Source: Vulcanimicrobiota bacterium
GTDB taxonomy: Bacteria > Vulcanimicrobiota > Vulcanimicrobiia > Eremiobacterales > Eremiobacteraceae
NCBI GenBank assembly: GCA_014304875.1
Contig: JACRUD010000052.1
Location: 1-38,315, forward strand
Reading direction: 5' to 3'
DNA: 38,315 nucleotides
Shown here: positions 1 through 6,576 of the stretch, piece after piece
Layout of the letters: every line of letters starts with the position of its first letter
Position numbering within the stretch: position 1 is the stretch's first letter
Position numbers and translations under genes: made by a program
Notes under the pieces: model-generated
Seen by the model: the letters and a program-made list of their open reading frames with translations, nothing else
The model's database searches: none
What the model was told of the DNA's origin: nothing

Positions 1-99
1 CTCAGATCGCGTAATGTCCAATCACCAACCGTCTACGAAAGCGGTACAGCTTCACTCAGGTCCAAAAGCGACGACTAAAAGCGCAAGCACGGCAAAAGC

Positions 100-515
100 A
101 AGGATTCTCTTGAAAACAGCATCACCCAATAAAGCCACGGCGAGCAGTGCTAAACAACAGAGCAAAGTTAAGGCTCGAATATATATTGGTCTCTCCACGG
201 GTGGGATAGCTGTTCGTCTGCCGTTGGAGCCCGGCCTCGTTTCCATCTCTGCCGCTATTCTAAAGGCTCTTATGAGGCCGTTCGGCATTGTATTGGGCAC
301 GCCAACGCTCGAAGATAGCGCTCAGCTCATCCAGCGACGTAAATCATGCTAGTTCAGGCATTCGTCTCGTAAGCGTTCGTCGAAGCTCTCGATGAATGCG
401 TTTTGCGCTGGCCTTGCCAGACTCGATGTGATGCAGCCGGACGCTGCGTTCCTTGCGCCCAGCGGAGCAGCGCAAGGATATCGGGGAGCCGCGCAATTTG
501 GTCGTGTCCCCGATT
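100..515 (-). pseudogene. IS3-family transposase (integrase-core C-terminal half) remnant with stops and frameshifts
   Basis: Minus-strand codons 405..352 read QNAFIESFDERLRDECLN, then TAG (351..349). After a frame change, 343..263 read FTSLDELSAIFERWRAQYNAERPHKSL, then TAG. Upstream frames give DILALLRWAQ and VRLHHIESGK. This matches, from memory, the conserved GKPxQNAFIESFNGRLRDECLN ... YNxxRPHxSLG block of IS3-family OrfB transposases. There is no intact ORF and the boundaries are approximate. Confidence 0.6.
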
Positions 516-790
516 TTACTCCGCGCTAGTCTTAGAAACTGCGGCTGGCAAAGATCCGTTCGTTACTCGCCGAGCGAACTCTTCAGGAGCGAGATTTCCC
601 AGCGGAGCTGTGCGGATGGATTGTGTTGTAATCTTATCGCCATTGCGTTGCGTGAGTGCAAGCATCAAGCAACGACGTAAACCAGTTTGGGTTGAGTAGA
701 TCCTGCCGCACGCGCCTAAATTGGCGGACATTATTGACAATCGCGCAGCCTATTTAGTTTTCTTAACTCCCAAGGGGGGGTCTATACGTT
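516..790 (-). pseudogene. Second IS3-family transposase C-terminal remnant, directly upstream (minus sense) of the first
   Basis: Minus-strand frame from 711 reads VRQDLLNPNWFTSLLDACTHATQWR(stop)DYNTIHPHSS. One frame over, 605..567 read PLGNLAPEEFARR (inside the 516..740 ORF). Together these give the ...LN.NWF.SL....W...YNT.RPHSxLGNLxPEEF end of IS3 transposases, broken by a stop and a frameshift. The upstream limit is uncertain. Confidence 0.5.
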
Positions 791-1231
791 ACGCAAAAAA
801 CGCAACAGGATTCACCGTAAAGGAAAATGTTGCGGACATAGCAACGCCGTGTTCGACTACCGCATAGTTGCCAAGCCATTCGACAAACGCGGGAAGATTA
901 CCAACAATGGCTCATGCCCTCCACTCAGGCTGAAGTACAGCAGCGTCTAAGAATGAGAAGAGCTTGAACCGTAAAGTCGGCATGTTCGTGGCGCGGCGGG
1001 GGGCCGGGGGCGCTGTCGGCTACTGCCGAGGGCTTAAGTAGCCGAAGCGACTCGATGGAAACACCCTAGCCGCTTGTCAGACGATGCGAATGCAAGACGA
1101 TCCGCTGAACTGAGCGGTCTTCTCGACGCCGGCGCCCTTTAACACAAGCGACTGAGCAAGTGGTTTATAAGTCGTTGTCAGACGATGTAAAGTTGAGCGT
1201 GTGCTCCTATACCCCCCAAACCCCAATGCTC

Positions 1232-1260
1232 TTGACATATTAGGCGCTTAACCATATAAT
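1232..1260 (+). promoter_or_regulatory. Consensus sigma70-type promoter of the marR-emrAB-like operon
   Basis: TTGACA (1232-1237), exactly 17 nt spacer, TATAAT (1255-1260). The -10 box ends 16 nt before the marR-like ATG (1277), which implies a very short or absent leader. Confidence 0.7.
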
Positions 1261-1286
1261 AAAGCCGTAAATCATTATGTTGGTAA
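1248..1286. promoter_or_regulatory. Imperfect inverted repeat (candidate MarR operator) spanning the -10 box and the start codon
   Basis: TTAACCATATAAT (1248-1260), N13, ATTATGTTGGTAA (1274-1286). The arms are reverse complements at 10 of 13 positions and the outer ATAAT/ATTAT is perfect. MarR-family repressors typically bind palindromes that overlap their own promoter. Confidence 0.4.
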
Positions 1287-1828
1287 CAAACGCTGAAGCT
1301 AAAGACCCCCTCGAGCAAGTCCGCCGGGCGCTTCGTCTGCGTCACGCGCTCAAGCGCCATCCCGGCGTTTTTGACGCGATCAACGCATTGCTCACGCTCA
1401 AGCGGACGGCGGCCGATCTGCAAGGTCTCATCGAAGGCGGCCTAAAGCAGGTCGACCTCAGCGGCGGTCGGCTCAACGTGCTCATGGCTTTGCATTCATC
1501 GCCGAATCACATGATGGCGCTGTCGGATATCGGCGAGTATTTGGTCGTCACCCGGCCCAACATCACCGGACTGGTCGACGGCCTCGTTAGCGACGGTTTC
1601 GTTCGCCGAGTCGATCACCCGGCCGATCGTCGCATGATCTTAGCACAGTTGACCGAGCGCGCTGTAAAGTTTATGGATTCTTTCGTCCCGCAGCACTTCC
1701 GATACGTCGATGATCTTATGAAGTGCCTGACCGACGCAGAGCAAAAGCAGCTCGTCGGTCTGCTCGATAAAATCCGCGCCCGAGCGCGCGCCACGGCCGC
1801 GCCGGAGTACCGAATCGTCTCGACATGA
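1277..1828 (+). CDS. MarR-family transcriptional regulator
   Basis: 183-aa ORF with a winged-helix MarR pattern (LNVLMALHSSPNHMMALSDIGEYLVVTRPNITGLVDGLVSDGFVRRVDHPADRRMILAQLTERA). It sits directly upstream of EmrA-like and EmrB-like genes, as in emrRAB. Confidence 0.9.
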   Translation: MLVTNAEAKDPLEQVRRALRLRHALKRHPGVFDAINALLTLKRTAADLQGLIEGGLKQVDLSGGRLNVLMALHSSPNHMMALSDIGEYLVVTRPNITGLVDGLVSDGFVRRVDHPADRRMILAQLTERAVKFMDSFVPQHFRYVDDLMKCLTDAEQKQLVGLLDKIRARARATAAPEYRIVST

Positions 1829-1864
1829 GATTTATAGCCCGGCTACTCAGGAGAGCATAGTAAG

Positions 1865-3217
1865 ATGCCCGAACAAACCACGACGATCGAACGCCCTCGG
1901 ACCGCCGAGCCGTCGGACCGTGACGTTGTCCTCACGAAAGACGATGCGCCGGCGCGCGGCCGCAAGCGGCGGATCATCGTTCCGATCGTCGTCATCGTGC
2001 TGCTTATCGCCGCCGTCTTCGGCATTCGCTACTTCACGTTCGCGGCGCACCATGTGTCGACGGACGATGCGCAGATCAGCGGCGATATCACGAACATCAG
2101 CCCAAAGGTCAAAGGGCAGATCCAGCAGGTTTACGTGCATGAAAACCAGTCCGTCCGTAAGGGCGATATGTTGGTGAAAATCGACGACCGCGACTACGCG
2201 GCCGCCGTCGCGCAGGCACAAGCCGGCGTCGCGCAGGCGCGAAGCGGACAACAAGCGGCCGTTGAAGCCGTGCCGCTGCAAAACAGTTTGACCGGCGCTC
2301 AGGTCGCGCAAGCGGAGGCCGGCATCTCTCAAGCCTCCGGCGGGGTCGCCGCCGCGGAAGCGCGCGTCGCTAACGTGCGCGCTGCCGCCGAGGCTGCGCG
2401 AGAAAAAATCGCGCTTGCCCAAGCGCAGCAGAGCGCCGCGCAAGCCGCCCTGACCAAAGCCGGTCACGACCTGGCTCGTTCCAAGACGCTGGTCGCTCAG
2501 GGGGCGATTTCGCGCGAACAGTTTGACGCCGCGCAAGCCGGTTATTCCACCGCTTTGGCCAACGCAGACGCAGCCGCGCTAGGTGTAGCCGTCGCGCGTG
2601 CCGGCACCCAGCAAGCACAACAGGACATCACGCAAGCGCAGGCGGCTGCCGACCAAGCGCGAGCCCAAATCTCCGCCGGCAACGCCCAGCTCGCGCAGGC
2701 GCAAACGGGGTCGGGGCAATCCGCGATCAAGACCGCGCAAGCGCAGACCAGCGGCGCGCAAGTGCAAGCGGCAGAGGCGGCGCTCGCGGCAGCCCAACTG
2801 CAGTTGTCGTACACGGCGATCCGTGCGCCGGTGGACGGAATCGTCAGCAAAAAATCTGTCAATCCCGGAGATACGATCGCGATCGGGCAGCCGCTGCTCG
2901 CGCTCGCAAACCAGCGCTCGCTTTGGATCACGGCAAATCTAAAGGAGACGCAGTTGGGGAAAGTCCGCATCGGACAACCGGTGCAGTTCAAAGTAGACGC
3001 CTATCCGCACCAGACATTCAGCGGCAAAGTGGACAGCATCTCTCCGGCAACCGGGGTGACGTTCGCTCTCATACCGCCGGACAATGCGAGCGGAAACTTC
3101 ACAAAAGTCGTTCAGCGGGTTCCCGTACGCATCGCCATCGATACGCGGTCCGATCCGCAGCACATGCTGCGCCAAGGCTTGTCGGTCAGCGTCTCTATCG
3201 ACACATCCTCGCGCTGA
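1865..3217 (+). CDS. HlyD/EmrA-family membrane fusion (periplasmic adaptor) protein
   Basis: 450 aa. Single N-terminal TM (IIVPIVVIVLLIAAVFGI), EmrA-like lipoyl half (VSTDDAQISGDITNISPKVKGQIQQVYVHENQSVRKGDMLVKIDDRDY), a very long Ala/Gln coiled coil, and a C-terminal beta-barrel (YTAIRAPVDGIVSKKSVNPGDTI ... FTKVVQRVPVRI). AGGAGA lies about 10 nt upstream of the ATG. Confidence 0.9.
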   Translation: MPEQTTTIERPRTAEPSDRDVVLTKDDAPARGRKRRIIVPIVVIVLLIAAVFGIRYFTFAAHHVSTDDAQISGDITNISPKVKGQIQQVYVHENQSVRKGDMLVKIDDRDYAAAVAQAQAGVAQARSGQQAAVEAVPLQNSLTGAQVAQAEAGISQASGGVAAAEARVANVRAAAEAAREKIALAQAQQSAAQAALTKAGHDLARSKTLVAQGAISREQFDAAQAGYSTALANADAAALGVAVARAGTQQAQQDITQAQAAADQARAQISAGNAQLAQAQTGSGQSAIKTAQAQTSGAQVQAAEAALAAAQLQLSYTAIRAPVDGIVSKKSVNPGDTIAIGQPLLALANQRSLWITANLKETQLGKVRIGQPVQFKVDAYPHQTFSGKVDSISPATGVTFALIPPDNASGNFTKVVQRVPVRIAIDTRSDPQHMLRQGLSVSVSIDTSSR

Positions 3218-3246
3218 GCAAGACCTCTCCCGTCGCTGCTTCCCCC

Positions 3247-4809
3247 ATGATGTCCGCGCCTCGCGATAAGCTCATCGTCGGCAACAAGTGGCTGATCGCG
3301 CTGCCCGTCATGCTTGCGGCTTTGACCGCTGTGCTCGATGCCAGCATCGTCAACGTTGCGCTGCCCAAAATGCAGTCGACGTTCGGCTCGAGCGTCGACG
3401 AGATCGACTGGGTCATCACCGGCTATCTTATCAGCAACGTCATCATCATTCCGACGACCGGTTGGCTCTCCGGACTCGTCGGGCTCAAACGTTATTTCAT
3501 TCTGAGCCAAGTGGTCTTCTTAGGCGGGTCGCTGCTGTGCGGTTTTTCGTGGAACCTTTCGTCGCTGGTCTTTTTCCGCATCGTGCAAGGCATCGGGGGC
3601 GGCGCGATCCTGCCGGTCACGCTCACGATCTTGCTGGAGGCTTTTCCGCCGCAGGAGTTCTCGATGGCATCCGCGCTCTACGGAATCGGCGCGACGTTGG
3701 GCCCCGCCATCGGCCCGACCCTCGGCGGCTGGCTCACCGACACGCTTTCCTGGCAGTGGATCTTTTTCGTCAACGGACCGCTCGTCGTGCTGTCGATCTT
3801 CTTGAGCCAGATCCTCATCGGGGAGAATCGCGCCGTCTCGAGACACCGCGGCAAAGCGCCTATCGATGCCGTCGGACTGGCGGCCGTCGCGGTCTGGCTG
3901 GGCGCACTGCAATTCGTGCTGCAAAACGGTCAAAGAGACGACTGGTTTCAATCGCCGACGATCGCCGCTTTGTCGGCGGCCTCGTGCATCGCATTCGTGT
4001 GGTTCGTGGTGACCGAGATGCGGGCCGAGCATCCTTTGATCAACATCCGCATCTTCTACAACCGTAATTTTGCGTTGGGATCGATCGCGGGAGCCGTGCT
4101 GGGCGCTACGCTTTTCGGCGCGATCTTTCTCATCCCGCTGTTCGCCGGCTCGCTCTTGCACTACACCGCTTTGCAGATCGGCTTGCTTTTGCTGCCCGCC
4201 GCACTCGTGAGTTTGGTCATCTTCCCGCTCGCTGGGCGGCTCGGCACGAGCATCGATCCGCGGTTCATGCTTGCGGCCGGTACCGGGCTATTTTTTCTCT
4301 CCTTGCTCGGCAACAGCCGCATCGACGGTCAATCGTCATTCGCCCAGCTGGCATGGCTGCAAGTGTTGCGCGGCGCGTCCTTGCCTTTTCTCTTTACATC
4401 GATCGGAACGCTGGCTCTCACCGGCTTGCAGCCTCGCGAGAAGGCGGACGGTTCGTCGCTTTTCAATCTGACGCGCACGCTGGGCGGTTCGATCGGCATA
4501 GCGCTCTTGGGGGCTTTTGTCGTCAGCCGTGAAAGATTTCACTTCGAGCGCTTCGGCGAATCGCTCACCCAGTATGCGACCGCCACTCGGGCACGGCTGG
4601 ATGCGCTGGCTGCCGGCATCACCCGGCATTCCGGCGCCGACTCCACAACGGCTGCGCACCAGGCCACCGCAGTGCTCTCGGCTCAGCTGACGCAGGCGGC
4701 TTTCGTGTCGGCGTTCGATGACGCGTCGCTCGTCTTAGCCGTCACCGTCTTGTTGTGCGCAGCGCTGTTGCCGTTTTTTCAGCGGACGCGCGGCTTGAGC
4801 CACCACTGA
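3247..4809 (+). CDS. EmrB/QacA-type (DHA2, 14-TMS) MFS multidrug efflux transporter
   Basis: The ORF track gives 2923..4809, but 2923-3246 overlaps the emrA-like gene in another frame. The first ATG after the emrA-like stop (3247) gives about 520 aa with the EmrB N-terminal pattern (NKWLIALPVMLAALTAVLDASIVNVALPKMQSTFGSS..DWVITGYL) and many hydrophobic segments. Confidence 0.9.
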   Translation: MMSAPRDKLIVGNKWLIALPVMLAALTAVLDASIVNVALPKMQSTFGSSVDEIDWVITGYLISNVIIIPTTGWLSGLVGLKRYFILSQVVFLGGSLLCGFSWNLSSLVFFRIVQGIGGGAILPVTLTILLEAFPPQEFSMASALYGIGATLGPAIGPTLGGWLTDTLSWQWIFFVNGPLVVLSIFLSQILIGENRAVSRHRGKAPIDAVGLAAVAVWLGALQFVLQNGQRDDWFQSPTIAALSAASCIAFVWFVVTEMRAEHPLINIRIFYNRNFALGSIAGAVLGATLFGAIFLIPLFAGSLLHYTALQIGLLLLPAALVSLVIFPLAGRLGTSIDPRFMLAAGTGLFFLSLLGNSRIDGQSSFAQLAWLQVLRGASLPFLFTSIGTLALTGLQPREKADGSSLFNLTRTLGGSIGIALLGAFVVSRERFHFERFGESLTQYATATRARLDALAAGITRHSGADSTTAAHQATAVLSAQLTQAAFVSAFDDASLVLAVTVLLCAALLPFFQRTRGLSHH

Positions 4810-4905
4810 AGTGGCGGCACTACATTGGGACGGGGCGCGGAGGCTCGGTTTAAGCCGCCACTAAAGCGGCGGCACTACATTGCGACGGGGCGCGTGCCCC
4901 CGCCC
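4799..4905. repeat. REP-like intergenic element, two tandem units (hairpin + 27-nt tail), the first overlapping the emrB-like stop codon
   Basis: Unit A is GCCACC-ACTGAA-GTGGCGGC (4799-4818). Unit B is GCCGCC-ACTAAA-GCGGCGGC (4854-4873). Each is followed by GGCGGCACTACATTG(G/C)GACGGGGCGCG (4813-4839 and 4868-4894, 26/27 identical). A GGGGC-GCGT-GCCCC hairpin lies at 4887-4900. The element sits between convergent genes. Confidence 0.75.
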
Positions 4906-4909
4906 GTTC

Positions 4910-6511
4910 TTAATAGCCGTTGCTGCCGGCTTGCGCCGTGTCGCCTTCTCGGCGGTAGACGGCTGTAAGGAAAGCCTGCGTCCGGACCGGGGCACCGCCC
5001 AAAGCCACGGCGGCTGCAAGATGACGTTCCGCAGCAGGCACATTGGCATTCATCAGCGCGAGCATGCCGGCCACGAATCTGCCGGGTTCGTACGACGGGT
5101 CAAGCGCGGCCGCTCTCTTGGCGTCCGTGAACGCAGCCCCGACGTCCCCGTCTTCCATGTCGACGATGGCGAGACTCGTAAACGGTTCGGGCCGGGCGGA
5201 GCGGTTCGCCGCTTCAAGAAACGCGATCCGCGCGTGCGCTTCATCGCCGCGCGCCTGAGCCGCGAGACCGCTGAAATAGGGTCCGCGCCAATCCCGCGGG
5301 GCTTGATCGCTCGCGGCCGCAAAAGCGCTCGCGGCCAAAGAGAGGCGCCCGCTTTCCAGCGCGCCGGCTCCCAGCCGCAACAGTTCTTCCGCGGAGCCGC
5401 GTGACCGCGTCAATGCATTGAGCCGCGATTGCATTGCTTCGGTCGGCTCATCGGAATTCGCGCCGGGCAGCACATGGGTGAAGTTCAGATCCGACGTGAC
5501 TCCCTGCAGGTAGCCGCGCGCATCGCTTGCAAGGTCGGTCAAGGGCGCCGGATGCGATGGCGGCGACAACGTCACCGAAGCTGGATGGCGGGCTTGGACC
5601 TGCGGCGCGGAGGCGATGATTTGGGCCTTCGGCTGCGCCAGCGCCAGCGCTTGGTGCGGCCGGGCGGTCGGCTTGGGGGACGGCGCGACGGTCGCTTGCG
5701 GGGTCGGACTTGGAGTCGCGGTCGGCGCGACCGCCACAACTTTATTCGTCGACGCGGCGCGCGGCGAAGGTGATGGTGCCGCGATCTCTTGTAGGGCGAG
5801 GTTCACCTTGGGGGCCTTGTTTGTGTTAGGCCGGGCGGACGGCCGCCCTTTCTGTGTGGAACCGTTTGCGCGTTTGTGCGGCGCTCCGTTGACTGCCGCC
5901 GCGACGATGCGCTGACCCATCCGCGCGAGCGCCTCGGTGCGGCCCGTCGCGGCCGGCGCGTACGTCGGGTTCTGGGTGAGCTCCGCGTTAAAATCCGCGA
6001 GAGCCGCGGCGCCTAAACCTTCCTGAAGCTCTACAACGGCGAGGTCGTAGTGCAAGAAGTTCGTCTTCGGGGCGAGCGAGAGAGCCGCACGAAGCTGAGC
6101 ATCGGCTTCGGACAGCTTGTTTTCGCGGGCGTAGAGTTGGCCGAGCGCAACGAAGTTCCACGGATTGCGCCTGTCGGCCGCCTCGCCGAGCGTGTAATCG
6201 CGTTCGGCCGCCGCGGTGTCGCTCGCCCGCAACGCCACGTTGCCGGCTCGGTTGTCGACTTGAGCATCGGACGAATCTTGCGCGACCGTCTGCGCGGCCA
6301 GTGCGAGCGCCTGCTGGGTATCCCCGCGTGCCAGAGCGGCTTCGGCGGCGTCGATGGACGCGCTCGAGCCGGCGTCATCTGAGGACACGTCCTGAGCGCC
6401 GTGCCACGGATTCCATTTCTGGGGCAGCATCGCAAAACCGGCAACGACCACGACGCCGATCGAAACGACCGCAGCGATCCACACCACGACGCGCTCGAGT
6501 GTTTGGGCCAT
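4910..6511 (-). CDS. Membrane-anchored TPR-repeat protein with a long Pro/Thr/Ala-rich linker
   Basis: 533 aa. N-terminal TM anchor (VVVWIAAVVSIGVVVVAGFAML) and two Ala-rich TPR-like blocks (e.g. NFVALGQLYARENKLSEADAQLRAALSLAPK; YFSGLAAQARGDEAHARIAFLEAANR), separated by about 150 aa of low-complexity sequence (PSPSPRAAS..PTATPSPTPQATVAPSPKPTARP). Confidence 0.8.
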   Translation of the reverse strand: MAQTLERVVVWIAAVVSIGVVVVAGFAMLPQKWNPWHGAQDVSSDDAGSSASIDAAEAALARGDTQQALALAAQTVAQDSSDAQVDNRAGNVALRASDTAAAERDYTLGEAADRRNPWNFVALGQLYARENKLSEADAQLRAALSLAPKTNFLHYDLAVVELQEGLGAAALADFNAELTQNPTYAPAATGRTEALARMGQRIVAAAVNGAPHKRANGSTQKGRPSARPNTNKAPKVNLALQEIAAPSPSPRAASTNKVVAVAPTATPSPTPQATVAPSPKPTARPHQALALAQPKAQIIASAPQVQARHPASVTLSPPSHPAPLTDLASDARGYLQGVTSDLNFTHVLPGANSDEPTEAMQSRLNALTRSRGSAEELLRLGAGALESGRLSLAASAFAAASDQAPRDWRGPYFSGLAAQARGDEAHARIAFLEAANRSARPEPFTSLAIVDMEDGDVGAAFTDAKRAAALDPSYEPGRFVAGMLALMNANVPAAERHLAAAVALGGAPVRTQAFLTAVYRREGDTAQAGSNGY

Positions 6512-6576
6512 GCAGGAAAATTCGTAAGTCTAAAGCGGACGCCCTTGAGCACTAAAGGCCTAAAGAGTCCCAGTTT

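Noticed and set aside
14-352. 112-aa plus-strand ORF and the overlapping 82-aa minus-strand ORF (52..300) with a hydrophobic tail
   Set aside because: Both lie within the decayed IS3 transposase remnant. The conserved transposase motifs are read in other minus-strand frames, so these ORFs are by-products of the pseudogene.
2200-2830. Unusually long Ala/Gln-rich low-complexity stretch in the EmrA-like protein
   Set aside because: It is consistent with an extended alpha-helical coiled-coil hairpin, a normal if long feature of HlyD/EmrA adaptors. No separate feature is implied.
2923-3246. 5' extensions of ORF-track entries: emrB-like from 2923, dacB-like from 20545, nadA from 22889, nadB from 23719, nadC from 25647, lipoprotein from 13030, GH125 from 17036, secreted hypothetical from 31656
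   Set aside because: The extensions overlap the preceding gene in another frame or strand and encode Arg-rich junk. Downstream starts give proper signal peptides or family-typical N-termini.
4799-4905. CRISPR array interpretation of the repeated hairpins (also 12951 and 30549)
   Set aside because: There are only two tandem units here and single units elsewhere, with irregular spacing and no cas genes. The so-called spacers are themselves repeated tails. This behaves like REP/BIME elements, not CRISPR.
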